From the sequence record SRR2962707_1178: 64,000 nt of DNA; one strand, written 5' to 3'. This document shows, one piece after another, positions 10,748 to 21,948 of the stretch (its first letter is position 1; each line of letters starts with the position of its first letter). Both the position numbers and the translations under genes were made by a program. Below the pieces are notes generated by a model that made no database searches, was not told the DNA's origin, and worked only from the letters and a program-made list of their open reading frames with translations.

Positions 10748-11776
10748 TTACGGTTTCTGTGGCGTTTTTTGGAGCATTTCTGTCAGAGGCACCAATTTTA
10801 CGCCATCTTTTTCTAACGCCACCAAACGTTTCTTTAAATACGCCATCGTTTCTGGATAAGGATGACCAATCGCGAGAGCTTCACCCTTTCGCTTTGCCAA
10901 TTTAATCAAGCGTGAAAACTGCTTATCTATGGCTTTTTCCATGCGAATATTGTCTAAAAATACATCCCGACTGGTGGTTTTCAAACCATGACGTTTGGCT
11001 GTTTTTTCTGCCACACTGTGGGACGACGTCAGGCTATCAATGAAAAACAAAGAGCGCCCTTGCAGCACTTCCATGACCCAATTCATAGAGTTTTGCTGCG
11101 CTGTTAACAAGCTCCCCATGTGGTTATTTACCCCTTTAATACCGGGCAAACTGTCGATGTCTTTCACCAAGGCGGTCTTGAGTTGTTTCTCTGTCATTTT
11201 GACATACAAACCACCCGGCCCAAGCTTAAGTTCGCGTACGTTCTCCATGGGAGCATGCAGTATGGTTACACGCTGTTGGGCTTTGGCTTGCGTTGCTGTC
11301 TCATGAGCAAAAGGGGTTAACGGCAGTATGGCTAACGCCACATTTTTAGGCAAAGCCAGTGCGGATTTCATACCTTGTCGGTTGTACCCCAAATCATCAA
11401 TTAAAATAGCAATTTTAGGCAACGGCTTTTTAGGCTTGGTCTGCGCGAGATGGCTTCCTTTTGGCGCTATGGGAGTGATTGGATGCCAAAATGGCGGCAC
11501 CGATTTTAACGGAACAGCCAGTGTCTCACTCTCCTCTGGCGACGCCAAATCGTTAACAATAGGGCCAAGCCAATGTTCACTGGCGTCTGACCAGCTTTCT
11601 TCTTCAGCGGTTATCTCAAAATCCGATGAGGCGCTTTTCAGCACTAACGGCCCCATCATAGCAGGCTGTTCGGATGTTGCTGACTGAGCCTGATTCCCCA
11701 TCAAGCCAACCAAGATAAGAGCGCACCACAGCGCGCCCTTCTTGATGTTTATTACATTCACAGTTTTGTCTCTCAA
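10748..11776 (-). CDS. Divergent polysaccharide deacetylase family protein (YibQ-like); start uncertain
   Basis: IAILIDDLG, H.PME, NNHMGS, FFIDS.T, RDVFLDN, AIGHP motifs; downstream of ctpA/envC. Confidence 0.9.
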   Translation of the reverse strand: MRDKTVNVINIKKGALWCALILVGLMGNQAQSATSEQPAMMGPLVLKSASSDFEITAEEESWSDASEHWLGPIVNDLASPEESETLAVPLKSVPPFWHPITPIAPKGSHLAQTKPKKPLPKIAILIDDLGYNRQGMKSALALPKNVALAILPLTPFAHETATQAKAQQRVTILHAPMENVRELKLGPGGLYVKMTEKQLKTALVKDIDSLPGIKGVNNHMGSLLTAQQNSMNWVMEVLQGRSLFFIDSLTSSHSVAEKTAKRHGLKTTSRDVFLDNIRMEKAIDKQFSRLIKLAKRKGEALAIGHPYPETMAYLKKRLVALEKDGVKLVPLTEMLQKTPQKP

Positions 11777-13059
11777 GGGTGATGATCAAAGGTCGGTAAG
11801 GTTTTTAAAATAGTCAGCGCTTGGAATAGCTGAAAATCGCTTTTCGCCAGATCGCTGAGCTTAAACTGCTCCGCTGTATTGGTTCTGTCCGCGCCACCAG
11901 TGCCATTACTAAGATGACCTTTAAGCTCCGCTTCTTTCACCACAAAATGATCTTTATTAAGCGTTAAGGTCGCTTCGGGGACCACCAAATCAGGCGTAAT
12001 GCCTTGCGCCTGAATAGAGCGACCATTAGGTGTGTAATACAAAGCCGTGGTGAGCTTTACGGCGGCCCCATTAGACAAAGGAACCACTGTTTGCACTGAG
12101 CCTTTACCAAAGCTCTCTGTGCCCATGATCAAGCCGCGCTGATGATCTTGGAGCGCACCTGCCACAATTTCAGACGCAGACGCAGAACCATCGTTAATCA
12201 ACACAACCAAAGGCGCCTTAGGTAATAACGTGTGCTTAGTCGTGGCTCTAAATTGGCTTTTAGACAGTTTATGACGCCCATCTGTGTAGACAATCATGCC
12301 TTTATCAATAAAGGTATCGACCACACCAACCGCCGCTTGCAGCACCCCACCTGGGTTATTTCTCAAGTCCAACACAACGCCATTAATTGGCTGTTCTTTT
12401 TGCAGTTTTTTAACGGCTTTATAGAACTCTGTGTCGGTATCACCTTGGAACTGCTTAATACGCAAATAAGCAATGCCTTTGCTTAACCATTTACTGGTGA
12501 CACTCTCATCTTCAACCAAGCGGCGCTCTAGACTAAAGTGTTTAATCTTGCCGCCCCGCTCAATGTCTAAGGTGACCTTAGTCCCTACTTCACCACGCAT
12601 TAAGTTCATCACGTCTTGAAAGCCGAGATCACTAATATAGGTGGTGCCAACTTTTACAATCACATCCCCAGGCAAGATGCCCGCTTGTTTGGCTGGTGAA
12701 CCGTCAATTGGCGAAACCACGGTTAACTTGCCGTCTTTCATCTCAACTTCAACACCAACCCCGGCATAGTTGCCAGAAGTCAGGTCTTCAAAGTCTGCCA
12801 CTTCGTCTTTCGTCAGGTACTCAGAATGGGGATCCAATGCCGACACCATTCCCTTTAACGCTTTATTTAAGATCTGCTGATCCGATAAATCGTCCACATA
12901 CCCTTCGCGAATGGTTTCGAAGGTTTCTACAAAAGACTGTATTTGAGAAAGGGGTAACGGCGATGCATGGCTATCGACTGGCTTATCTGCGGCCATACTC
13001 TGCTGCGCAGAAAAGGCCATCAGTAACAATACTAGACCTCGCTTCAAGGGGTTCATCAT
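11773..13059 (-). CDS. Carboxy-terminal processing protease, S41 family (CtpA-like)
   Basis: LDPHS, PDZ domain, DLRNNPGG, SASASEIVAGALQD, FGKGSVQ; start re-set to the ATG after CAGGA. Confidence 0.93.
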   Translation of the reverse strand: MMNPLKRGLVLLLMAFSAQQSMAADKPVDSHASPLPLSQIQSFVETFETIREGYVDDLSDQQILNKALKGMVSALDPHSEYLTKDEVADFEDLTSGNYAGVGVEVEMKDGKLTVVSPIDGSPAKQAGILPGDVIVKVGTTYISDLGFQDVMNLMRGEVGTKVTLDIERGGKIKHFSLERRLVEDESVTSKWLSKGIAYLRIKQFQGDTDTEFYKAVKKLQKEQPINGVVLDLRNNPGGVLQAAVGVVDTFIDKGMIVYTDGRHKLSKSQFRATTKHTLLPKAPLVVLINDGSASASEIVAGALQDHQRGLIMGTESFGKGSVQTVVPLSNGAAVKLTTALYYTPNGRSIQAQGITPDLVVPEATLTLNKDHFVVKEAELKGHLSNGTGGADRTNTAEQFKLSDLAKSDFQLFQALTILKTLPTFDHHP

Positions 13060-13114
13060 ATTTTTTCCTGTTGTTGTGCCATGTATACAAAAACACATTT
13101 ATTGCTACTAGGGG

Positions 13115-14257
13115 TCAACTAGACCGTACCCAAGAGAGCGGTGTTAAAGGTGCACCATTGTGTCTAATGGCAAAAAAGAGAGCCGCGTCCGAGCGTCCAC
13201 CTGAGCTGCCAACCGTCGCAACCACATCATTACTATTCACCCATTCACCCACTTCTTTTAACAGGCTCTGGTTGTAACCATAAAGAGACATATAACCATC
13301 TCCATGGTCAATAATCATTAAAAATCCGAACCCTCGTAACCAATCAGCAAACACCACTCGACCATTAAAAATAGCGTGTACCTGTGTGCCTTCTTTGGCC
13401 TCAAGGGTCACTCCGCCAAGGTTTACCTTGCCGTCAGTGGGCAAACGTACGAGTTTTCTTAATGGGCTTACTAGCTTGCCCTTCTGTGATGAGAAAGGCA
13501 CGTCTTGGTCTGGCAGTTTCACATCTGCCAATGCTTCTTCTAGGCGCTTCAGCATTTCTTTAAGATCTTGTTGGTTTTGCGCCAAACGCTGAGAACGCTG
13601 ATTGCCTTTTGCTAAATCTTTATCCAACTTAGCCAATAGGGCGCGACGCGCGGTTTTCTCTTGGCTGAGTTGATTGCGTTGTTCTATTAATGAGGCTTCT
13701 TCTTGGGCTTGTTGAGCGCGTTTCTGGCGCAGGCTTTTTTCCACCAAATTGAGGTCATTCACCTCATTCGCATAGCCATTAATAAGGGATTGTCGAGCCG
13801 TTGAGAAATAACGATTGTATTGCAGCAAGCGCATCGAGGTCGCGGTGTCTGACCCATTGAGCAGCAACTTAATGCCTTCTTGCTTACCGGAACGATAAAC
13901 CGCCCTTAATTGGGCGGCTATTTGTTCGTTTTGTTTTTGGATACTAAGCTGAAGAGTTTGCTGCTGCTGCTTTAGCTGGCCAAGCTGCTTTTCCCCCTTC
14001 TTCAGGCTGTCTTTCAAGTTTTGAATCTTGTTAAGCAATCCCTGAATCGCCTTCTCTTTGCCTTCTAATTCTTTTTCCACATCAGAACGCTGAGACTTTG
14101 TATCCTTCAACCAAGCATTCAGCTTTTTCAAATCTTGCTGCAATGCTTGAATTTGCTGTTTGGCTTCTTGTGGCGTTTTAGGCTCCCCTGCTGCCCAGCT
14201 CACACTGGACAACAAGAGCAATACGACACAGAACACATGACGACATAATAAAGTCAT
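13115..14257 (-). CDS. envC: Murein hydrolase activator EnvC (coiled coil + M23/LytM)
   Basis: Signal peptide, long coiled coil, GRVVFADWLRGFG.L.IIDHG..YMSLYGYNQ; adjacent to gpmI; start re-set to 14257. Confidence 0.88.
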   Translation of the reverse strand: MTLLCRHVFCVVLLLLSSVSWAAGEPKTPQEAKQQIQALQQDLKKLNAWLKDTKSQRSDVEKELEGKEKAIQGLLNKIQNLKDSLKKGEKQLGQLKQQQQTLQLSIQKQNEQIAAQLRAVYRSGKQEGIKLLLNGSDTATSMRLLQYNRYFSTARQSLINGYANEVNDLNLVEKSLRQKRAQQAQEEASLIEQRNQLSQEKTARRALLAKLDKDLAKGNQRSQRLAQNQQDLKEMLKRLEEALADVKLPDQDVPFSSQKGKLVSPLRKLVRLPTDGKVNLGGVTLEAKEGTQVHAIFNGRVVFADWLRGFGFLMIIDHGDGYMSLYGYNQSLLKEVGEWVNSNDVVATVGSSGGRSDAALFFAIRHNGAPLTPLSWVRSS

Positions 14258-14264
14258 CAATGCC

Positions 14265-15794
14265 TCACTGGCGTGTGAGTAGACTAACGCCACTCATTTC
14301 TTCAGGTTTTTCCATGCCCATCATGTCCAACAAAGTCGGTGCGATGTCACACAAAGAACCTTCTTTAAGACCAAGACCTGGAGTGGGAGAGAAAAGTACC
14401 AAAGGAACAGGACCAATCGTATGAGAGGTCAATGGCTGAGACCCGTCATTGCTTAGCATTTGCTCAACATTACCGTGGTCTGCGGTGACCAAACATTGGC
14501 CGCCATTCACTTTCAACGCCGCCATAATTCGGCCTAAACATGCGTCTACCGCTTCGACCGCTTTCACCGCTGCATCGAAAATACCACTGTGCCCAACCAT
14601 ATCGCCATTCGCAAAGTTACAAATAATGGTGTCGTATTTGCCCGCTTCGATCACTTCCACCAGTTTATCGGTGACTTCTGGCGCGCTCATTTCTGGCTTC
14701 AGGTCATAGGTGGCTACATTAGGAGAGGGAATCAATTCACGATCTTCCCCATCAAACACCGCTTCTTCGCCACCATTAAAGAAAAAGGTAACGTGGGCGT
14801 ATTTTTCGGTTTCCGCAATGCGCAGTTGTTTTTTACCAGACTTAGAAAGCACTTCGCCTAGGGTGTTGCTCAACGCCAATGGCGGGAAGGCCACATCGGC
14901 AGCAATGTCTGAGGCAAATTCTGTAAAGGTCACGAACGACGCGTACGCAGGGTGCGCTTTACGCTCAAAACCGGCAAATTCTTGCTCAGTAAAAGCACGG
15001 GTTAGTTGGCGCGCACGATCCGGACGGAAGTTCGCAAATACAATCGCATCGCCATCTTCAACTGGCACAGGCTCGCCAATGACGGTCGCTTTGACAAACT
15101 CATCATTTTCATCTCGCTCGTAAGCGGCTTGAATCGCTTGTTCTGCAGACTCGGCTTGGAACTGGCCTTCACCTAATACGATCGCGTCGTAGGCGGTTTG
15201 CACACGATCCCAGCGATTGTCTCGGTCCATTGCAAAATAACGACCCGTTAAGGTAGCGATTTTACCAACGCCCAATTCCGCAAGCTTGGCTTCTAATTCC
15301 ATAATCGGTGTTTGTGCTGAACGCGGTGGCGTATCACGGCCATCCGTAAAGCCATGAACATAAACCGCTTTGGCGCCACGTTTAACGGCTAGCTCACACA
15401 TTGCCATGATTTGCTCATGATGACTGTGCACACCACCGTTCGAAAGCAAGCCTAGAATATGCACAGCTTTGCCCGCGGTAACCGCTTTATCGACAGCATT
15501 AACCAAGGCCGTATTTTCAAAAAACGAACCATCAGAAATGGCTTTACCAATACGAGTAAAGTTTTGATAAACCACTCGACCCGCACCTAGATTCATATGG
15601 CCAACTTCAGAGTTGCCCATCTGGCCTTCTGGCAAACCAACGGCCAAACCCGATGTTTTGATTAAGGTGTGCGCGCGGTTCTCCCACAAACGATCCCAGT
15701 TAGGCGTGTTTGCTGCAGCAATGGCATTCGATTGGGAAGTTTCGCTGTAACCCCATCCATCAAGGATGAAGAGTGCGGTGGTCTTTTTATTCAT
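14265..15794 (-). CDS. gpmI: 2,3-bisphosphoglycerate-independent phosphoglycerate mutase
   Basis: [41 protein letters not shown]. Confidence 0.97.
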   Translation of the reverse strand: MNKKTTALFILDGWGYSETSQSNAIAAANTPNWDRLWENRAHTLIKTSGLAVGLPEGQMGNSEVGHMNLGAGRVVYQNFTRIGKAISDGSFFENTALVNAVDKAVTAGKAVHILGLLSNGGVHSHHEQIMAMCELAVKRGAKAVYVHGFTDGRDTPPRSAQTPIMELEAKLAELGVGKIATLTGRYFAMDRDNRWDRVQTAYDAIVLGEGQFQAESAEQAIQAAYERDENDEFVKATVIGEPVPVEDGDAIVFANFRPDRARQLTRAFTEQEFAGFERKAHPAYASFVTFTEFASDIAADVAFPPLALSNTLGEVLSKSGKKQLRIAETEKYAHVTFFFNGGEEAVFDGEDRELIPSPNVATYDLKPEMSAPEVTDKLVEVIEAGKYDTIICNFANGDMVGHSGIFDAAVKAVEAVDACLGRIMAALKVNGGQCLVTADHGNVEQMLSNDGSQPLTSHTIGPVPLVLFSPTPGLGLKEGSLCDIAPTLLDMMGMEKPEEMSGVSLLTRQ

Positions 15795-15895
15795 GGTAAT
15801 GTGTCCCGTAAATTAAACATGACGATGGTTCGATACTATCACAGGCGTGTAATTTAGTTACAGACTGACAACACTATTCCGCTTATTAATTCTCT

Positions 15896-16801
15896 TTATG
15901 ATCGGGCCTGTTTGGCCAACAACCAATCTCGAAAAGTCACCACTTGCTCTAAATCGGCTTTGTCGGCCGGATAAGACAACAAGTATTCATGCGGGGTCGC
16001 CACTTCATCACCAAAAGGCGCAACGAGATCACCATTGTTTAGGCTGCCTTGCGCCAAGATACTCGGAATGACCGCCACGCCCATGCTGTTTTTCGCCGCT
16101 TCAATCAGCATATGAAAATGCTCGAACGAGGTGCCAGCAAAGGAGCCACTTTCTAAACCCTGCGCCACCATCCAATCGGGCCAAGCATTAATACGCGCAG
16201 ACGAGTGCAGTAAAGGGAGCTTAACCACGTCGCTGCATTGCCATTGCCCATCAGTTTGCTGGTCTTGATATTGCGCTAACAAAGCAGGAGAGCACACAGC
16301 AACGACCTTCTCTTGCATCAGCTGATGCGAGACAGCACGAGGCCAATGATCGCCACCATAGTGAAGAATGATATCGATACATTCAGGGTCGATTTTCGCC
16401 GCGTCATCGAGGGAACGAACTTTGATTTGAAACTGTGGGTACGTTTGCTGGAATTCTGCCAATTGAGGAACCAACCAATGGGAAGCAAAGGTCGGCAACG
16501 CCGAAATGGTCAACGTTGTTTTTTCGTCTTCTCTATGCAGCATGCGCAAACACGCATTCTCCATACCATCGAGTAAGGGTACGACTTCTTTGTAATAAGC
16601 CGCCCCCGTGCCAGTAAGAACTAAGCGTTTGTTTAAACGAATAAATAAGTCACGAGATAAAAACTCTTCCAGATTACGAATCTGACGACTCACAGCACTT
16701 TGAGTTAGGTGTAACTCTTGTGCCGCGCGCGTAAAGCTAAGGTGCCTAACCGACGCTTCAAAACATTTGAGCGCGGTTGACGACGGGATATATCTCCGCA
16801 T
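15896..16801 (-). CDS. LysR-family regulator (GcvA-like)
   Basis: FEAS.RHLSFTRAA.ELHLTQSAVSRQI HTH; LPTFA..WLVP.L..F. Confidence 0.92.
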   Translation of the reverse strand: MRRYIPSSTALKCFEASVRHLSFTRAAQELHLTQSAVSRQIRNLEEFLSRDLFIRLNKRLVLTGTGAAYYKEVVPLLDGMENACLRMLHREDEKTTLTISALPTFASHWLVPQLAEFQQTYPQFQIKVRSLDDAAKIDPECIDIILHYGGDHWPRAVSHQLMQEKVVAVCSPALLAQYQDQQTDGQWQCSDVVKLPLLHSSARINAWPDWMVAQGLESGSFAGTSFEHFHMLIEAAKNSMGVAVIPSILAQGSLNNGDLVAPFGDEVATPHEYLLSYPADKADLEQVVTFRDWLLAKQARS

Positions 16802-16930
16802 TCTTTGGCCACTTCATTCTAAGGTGATAGAGGGATAAAAATATACTCTACCTTAAGCTTATTAGGCATACAAAGGAATGCCCTAAAATTGCGCATTCCT
16901 TCGTTTTTATTGTCAAATCATCCGATTAAG

Positions 16931-18202
16931 CTAATCAAAAGCATGTGTTTTTTGGCCTAGGTGATAAGTGTGCGCGCCCACTTCGTAAAATAGACGTTTC
17001 AACTCCCGCAATGGAATATTGCGCAGCATGGTAGTGGGCACAGACAAAGCGTCTCGTTTCCCTGCAAACCACTCCGCCAGCTCTTTCCCCATCATGGTGC
17101 CCGGGCCAATACCACGACCGCTGTACCCTGCAACACTGAACAGCCCGCGCTGTAATTGCTGACAATGGGGCAGATGATCCTCACTGTAGGCAATTTTGCC
17201 ACTCCACGAATACGCCCATTCCACCTTATTCAAAAACGGAAACAACTCACACACTCGTTGAGACGCCCAATTAGATAAGGCACCGCCTTCTCCGCCCATA
17301 CCACCAAAAATCAAACGCCCTTGCTGGTCAAGCCGAAAAGAACTCATCACAGTACAGGTGTCCCATACCCCTTCACCGTTCGGTAAAATCTGCGCCAGCT
17401 GAGCGGGCGTTAACGGTTGGCTGGCTAACTGGCTGTAAAAGATGGGCACAAATTTACGCGCTTGCTCCTTTACCCCATGTTCGCTGTACGCATTGGTCGC
17501 CAGGACGACTTTTTGGGCGTGAACTTCACCATCTGGCGTATTCACAATCCAGCCCTCTGACGAAGGTTGCACGCTGCTGACGGGAGAGTGATCAAACAAC
17601 AAAGCCCCCTCTTTTAGGGCCGCCTTTGCCAACCCACGAGCGTAGGCTAATGGCTGAATCGTGCCGGCCCTAGGGTCGAACAATGCAGAATTAAACTTGC
17701 TTGAACCAATGCGCGCTTGGGCTTCTGCGGTGTCCAGCAATTGCACGGGCGCACCGCGCATTTGCATTTGTTCACAACGACGCTGTAATTGCGCCAAACC
17801 AGGCTTACCCACGCCCGCATGCAAAGTACCATGGCGTACCGCTTCGCATTGGATTTGATACTTTTCGATCAAGCTAAACACCAACTCGGGGGCGTCTGCT
17901 AAGGTGTTATATAAGGTTCGTCCCGCGTCCGCGCCTATGGTTTTATCCAGTTGATCTGGCTCCAGCCAAACCCCAGCATTCACCAAGCCCACATTACGGC
18001 CAGAACCACCAAAACCAATTTCTTGCGCTTCAATAACAGCAACAGACAAGCCTAACTGAGCAAGGTGAAGCGCCGCGGATAAACCGGTAAAACCGCCACC
18101 AACAATCGCCACCTGCACCTCGTGACGCCCTTCTAAAGGCGCTAATTTAGGGCCTTCTGGTGCACTGGCCCGCCACAAAGAATCACACACAGATTCCAGC
18201 AT
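16931..18202 (-). CDS. FAD-dependent oxidoreductase, probable L-pipecolate oxidase (AmaA-like)
   Basis: GGGFTGLSAALHL, GGSGRNVGLVNAG, GTIQPLAYARGLA, GYSGRGIGPGT; next to an ALDH7-type gene; start re-set to MLES. Confidence 0.75.
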   Translation of the reverse strand: MLESVCDSLWRASAPEGPKLAPLEGRHEVQVAIVGGGFTGLSAALHLAQLGLSVAVIEAQEIGFGGSGRNVGLVNAGVWLEPDQLDKTIGADAGRTLYNTLADAPELVFSLIEKYQIQCEAVRHGTLHAGVGKPGLAQLQRRCEQMQMRGAPVQLLDTAEAQARIGSSKFNSALFDPRAGTIQPLAYARGLAKAALKEGALLFDHSPVSSVQPSSEGWIVNTPDGEVHAQKVVLATNAYSEHGVKEQARKFVPIFYSQLASQPLTPAQLAQILPNGEGVWDTCTVMSSFRLDQQGRLIFGGMGGEGGALSNWASQRVCELFPFLNKVEWAYSWSGKIAYSEDHLPHCQQLQRGLFSVAGYSGRGIGPGTMMGKELAEWFAGKRDALSVPTTMLRNIPLRELKRLFYEVGAHTYHLGQKTHAFD

Positions 18203-18337
18203 ACTCACGACCTTAAAGCCGACGACAACGGCCTTAGAAATGGATGGATGAATAAACAACACACCTTACTTGGGTAAGGCTCACAATAAACGGCGAGCCA
18301 AACTCGCCGCGTATTGCACTATGCTCGCAACCTAGCC

Positions 18338-19882
18338 TTACTCAAAAACAATGCCTTGAGCCAATGGCAGATCGCCACCATAGTTAATCGTATTGGTGGT
18401 GCGACGCATGTAGTTTCTCCACGCATCCGAACCAGACTCACGACCACCGCCGGTGTCTTTTTCGCCACCAAATGCACCACCGATTTCAGCGCCAGAGGTG
18501 CCAATATTAACGTTAGCAATACCGCAATCTGAACCTGCTGGCGACATAAACAATTCCGCTTCACGTAAACGTTCGGTGAAGACCGCAGAAGATAAGCCTT
18601 GTGGCACTTCATTTTGGATTTCAATCGCTTCTTCGAAATCACTGTACGTTAGCACGTACAAAATAGGCGCAAAGGTTTCTTCGTGAACAATAGGAGCGTC
18701 GTGAGCGATTCGTACAATGGCGGGTGCCACATAAAAACCACCCGCTGGCACGCCATCCGTTACGCGTTGTCCGCCACAAATGATTTCTCCACCTTGTTGT
18801 TTCGCGGTTTCTAACGCCGCTTGCATGCGTGCAAAGCTGCCTTCATCCACCAAGGGCCCGACTAAAGTGCCTTCTTCTAATGGGTTACCAATCGGTAATG
18901 AGGTATAAGATTTCGCCAAACGCGCTACCACGCCATCTACCACAGAGGTATGAGTAATAAGGCGACGTAAGGTTGTGCAACGTTGTCCCGCAGTACCCGC
19001 GGCGGAAAACACAATCGCCCGCAAGGCTAGATCCAAATCGGCGGAATCCGACACTATCATGGCATTATTGCCCCCAAGTTCTAGTAAAGAGCGCCCCAAA
19101 CGACCAGCCACAGTCGTCGCCACTGCTCGACCCATGGCCGTTGATCCTGTCGCCGACACGAGTGGGAAAGTATTGCTAGCGGCAATGGCCTCCCCTAAAT
19201 CTCGACCACCTATCATCACAGACACCGCCGCTTTTGGAATGTCTGGCATATCCGCCAATACATTCTGCGCGATTTGATACATGGCCAAGGCACACAAAGG
19301 CGCCTTTTCAGACGGTTTTAATAACACAGGGTCACCACAAACCAACCCAAGCATGGTATTCCACGCCCACACGGCCATCGGGAAATTAAACGCCGTAATC
19401 ACCGCAACAGGGCCTAGTGGTTGCCATTGCTCCATCATTCGATGCCCTGGACGTTCAGAAACAATCGACAAACCATGCAACATACGAGATTGACCGACCG
19501 CAAAGTCACAAACATCGATCCATTCTTGAACTTCACCCAAGGCTTCAGGAACAATCTTGCCCGCTTCTAATGAAATGACTTGAGCCAGCTCTTCTTTGTA
19601 TTTACGAGCTTCTTCACCAATACGACGCACCAACTCACCACGACGTGGTGCTGGAATGGTTCGCAATACGCTAAAGGCGTCTCTTAGCTCTGCATTGACG
19701 CCTTCTAACTGTGCTGGTGTGGCATTGTTGAATTGTGACAAGCGCGCGCCGTCAATGGGGCTGTGCGCAGAAAATTCACTGCCGTCACCCAAGGCTCGTG
19801 TATTACCGGTCAACACACTGTAGAAAGTATCGCCCTGTTTTAGTTGATTAACACCCAATGTTTCTAAGCAAGTTAATGACAT
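18338..19882 (-). CDS. Aldehyde dehydrogenase family 7, alpha-aminoadipic semialdehyde / piperideine-6-carboxylate dehydrogenase (AmaB/Pcd-like)
   Basis: ITAFNFPMAVWAWN, LELGGNNA, GTAGQRCTT, ETFAPILY, NIGTSGAEIGGAFGGEK.TGGGRESGSDAW, LPLAQGI. Confidence 0.92.
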   Translation of the reverse strand: MSLTCLETLGVNQLKQGDTFYSVLTGNTRALGDGSEFSAHSPIDGARLSQFNNATPAQLEGVNAELRDAFSVLRTIPAPRRGELVRRIGEEARKYKEELAQVISLEAGKIVPEALGEVQEWIDVCDFAVGQSRMLHGLSIVSERPGHRMMEQWQPLGPVAVITAFNFPMAVWAWNTMLGLVCGDPVLLKPSEKAPLCALAMYQIAQNVLADMPDIPKAAVSVMIGGRDLGEAIAASNTFPLVSATGSTAMGRAVATTVAGRLGRSLLELGGNNAMIVSDSADLDLALRAIVFSAAGTAGQRCTTLRRLITHTSVVDGVVARLAKSYTSLPIGNPLEEGTLVGPLVDEGSFARMQAALETAKQQGGEIICGGQRVTDGVPAGGFYVAPAIVRIAHDAPIVHEETFAPILYVLTYSDFEEAIEIQNEVPQGLSSAVFTERLREAELFMSPAGSDCGIANVNIGTSGAEIGGAFGGEKDTGGGRESGSDAWRNYMRRTTNTINYGGDLPLAQGIVFE

Positions 19883-20074
19883 TCTGAACCTCTGTAATCT
19901 TGGTGAAATGACAAATAGAGAAAGCGCTGATGGTCAATTTGCCGCGCTCAAGTCTTTCCAACACCTTACTCAGCTTAGTCAATGATGAGAAATACCGTTT
20001 TCCTGAGGGAGGTCTAGTTTTTACCTATAGCCTGCTCCATACTCAGTAAAACACAGGCTTCTGAGGCTCTCTTT

Positions 20075-20956
20075 ATGGACGTTCGATCACTTAGGTACTT
20101 CATTGCAGTTTTTGAAGAACGCAGCTTAAGCGCAGCAGCAAAACGCTGCTTTATTGCTCAGCCGTCTATTTCGGCCACCTTAGCGCAACTGGAAGAGGAT
20201 TTAGACACCAAACTGTTTGTTCGTCACTCTAAGGGAGTGGCGCCCACGGACAGTGGCACACAGCTCTACCCTCACGCTTGTCGTATGGTGAATGAATTCA
20301 GCAATCTCAAAGACATGTTCCGTCACAGCGCCAAACCTCTGGCGCTGTCCATTTCTTTGGCGCCTTTTTTATCTGGCACCTTAATCAGCCAAGTCATTAA
20401 AACCATGCTCGATGACATTCCGGGGCTGACATTAAGCTTGGTTGACGCCTCTGAAAGTGCCGACTTACGCTTTACCTGCAGCAACTACATAAACGAAGAC
20501 GATGTGTTTTACCCACTTTGGGAAGACGATTACGTCATTGCTATGCCGGTTGGCCATTGGTTGGCCGATTACACCTCGCTTTCTATCAAGCAGATCGACA
20601 AACAGCCTTTTGTCTCGCGCACACCCTGCGATATTTTGGAATCTTGGAACTTCATTATGCAAAAGCAAGGGCTCACCACCGATGTTCGCGCACAAGTAAA
20701 AACCGAAGAATACGCACTCGATCTGGTGGCCGCAGGCTTAGGCATTTCACTGATTCCAGAACACTCATCACGCGGCCGTGGCGACATAGTATTACGCACG
20801 TTAAATGACATTGCGCTGAAACGAGTAGTCGGCCTTGCTCACAGCAAAGAACACAGTTTTCCTGCGTATGTGATCAACACTATTTTAATGACCAAAAGCA
20901 GCTTATTTAGCAAAAAAGCCCCTCAGCACCGAGACCCGCATAATTTTTTTGCATGA
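20075..20956 (+). CDS. LysR-family regulator, divergent from the amaB-like gene
   Basis: LRYFIAVFEERSLSAAAKRCFIAQPSIS HTH. Confidence 0.92.
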   Translation: MDVRSLRYFIAVFEERSLSAAAKRCFIAQPSISATLAQLEEDLDTKLFVRHSKGVAPTDSGTQLYPHACRMVNEFSNLKDMFRHSAKPLALSISLAPFLSGTLISQVIKTMLDDIPGLTLSLVDASESADLRFTCSNYINEDDVFYPLWEDDYVIAMPVGHWLADYTSLSIKQIDKQPFVSRTPCDILESWNFIMQKQGLTTDVRAQVKTEEYALDLVAAGLGISLIPEHSSRGRGDIVLRTLNDIALKRVVGLAHSKEHSFPAYVINTILMTKSSLFSKKAPQHRDPHNFFA

Positions 20957-21041
20957 CTAAGTGCGTTTTTACCCTTTGTCGGTGGGTCAACGCATCCAGT
21001 AAAGTCGTTATCAACCGTCATCCTATTTTTAGAGGTAAGTT

Positions 21042-21845
21042 ATGCAAGCATCAGAATTTTTCGACTCTCTATGGCAGCAGTACATTAAGGTGACTCCTCA
21101 AGCTAACCGTATCCAAGCTTTGTTTAAAAGCCATGGAGAAAGCGTTCTTAATGATCATGTTGCGTTTCGCACCTTCGCTAACTCACCGGTTTCGTTGGCA
21201 AAATTAGAGCCTCAGCTGATCAGCATGGGCTACCAAGCTTACGGTGCTTTTCGCTTTGAGAATAAACACCTAGTGGCGCGCTGTTACAAACACCCAGAGC
21301 ATGACGAATTGCCTAAGATCTTTTTGTCAGAACTACTGGTGGACGATCTCCCTGACAATTGCCAAGCCATCATCCAGACCATGATCAAACAAATTCCGGC
21401 AGACGCTGTTCAGTCGCCAGCCGTATTTTGGTCCGGTACCTTATGGCAGCCATTGTCATTCGACGACTATCAAACACTCACCGAACACAGTGAATACGCA
21501 GCCTGGCTATCCACTATGGGGTTACAAGCGAATCACTTTACGGTGAGCATTAATCTGTTAGAAGGCTTTACCAGCATCGAACAGGTGAACCAATTACTGT
21601 TAGACCAAGGCTATCGCCTAAATGAAGCCGGCGGTTTAGTAAAAGGCTCACCAAGTGTCTACCTCGAACAGTCTTCCACTATGGCCGACAAGATCGAATA
21701 CACTTTTTCAGACGCCAAAACCAGCACCATCCCAAGTTGCTTCTATGAGTTCGCGCGTCGTCATAAGACACCAGATGGCGTCTTATTCGACAGCTTTATT
21801 GAAGGCAATGCGGATAAAATATTCGACTCAACTAACAGCAACTAA
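21042..21845 (+). CDS. DUF1338 family protein, probable 2-oxoadipate dioxygenase/decarboxylase (HglS-like, short form)
   Basis: NDHVAFRT, PKIFLSEL, SEYAAW, NHFTVS, LEQSST.AD, FYEFARR, F...NADKIF.ST; lysine-catabolic context. Confidence 0.8.
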   Translation: MQASEFFDSLWQQYIKVTPQANRIQALFKSHGESVLNDHVAFRTFANSPVSLAKLEPQLISMGYQAYGAFRFENKHLVARCYKHPEHDELPKIFLSELLVDDLPDNCQAIIQTMIKQIPADAVQSPAVFWSGTLWQPLSFDDYQTLTEHSEYAAWLSTMGLQANHFTVSINLLEGFTSIEQVNQLLLDQGYRLNEAGGLVKGSPSVYLEQSSTMADKIEYTFSDAKTSTIPSCFYEFARRHKTPDGVLFDSFIEGNADKIFDSTNSN

Positions 21846-21877
21846 CGCCTTTTTATAAAACAGGCGATGTTCCAAAC

Positions 21878-21948
21878 GCCAGCCGACTTTTCGTTCAGTG
21901 ACAGCAGGATTCTGTCACGCGAGCGGCGAAATAGTCGGCTGGCTTTTT
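21878..21948 (+). terminator. Long imperfect hairpin plus T-tract after the DUF1338 gene
   Basis: GCCAGCCGACT...GTGACAG-loop-CTGTCAC...AGTCGGCTGGC TTTTT. Confidence 0.6.

Noticed and set aside
12696..13277. 193-aa plus-strand ORF
   Set aside because: Antisense shadow of ctpA/envC with no recognisable motifs
9110..18309. Possible REP family from hairpins sharing GGCGAG/CTCGCC (9110-9138, 18291-18309, also ~5239 and ~31521)
   Set aside because: Arm order and loops differ between copies; better explained as independent GC-rich stems
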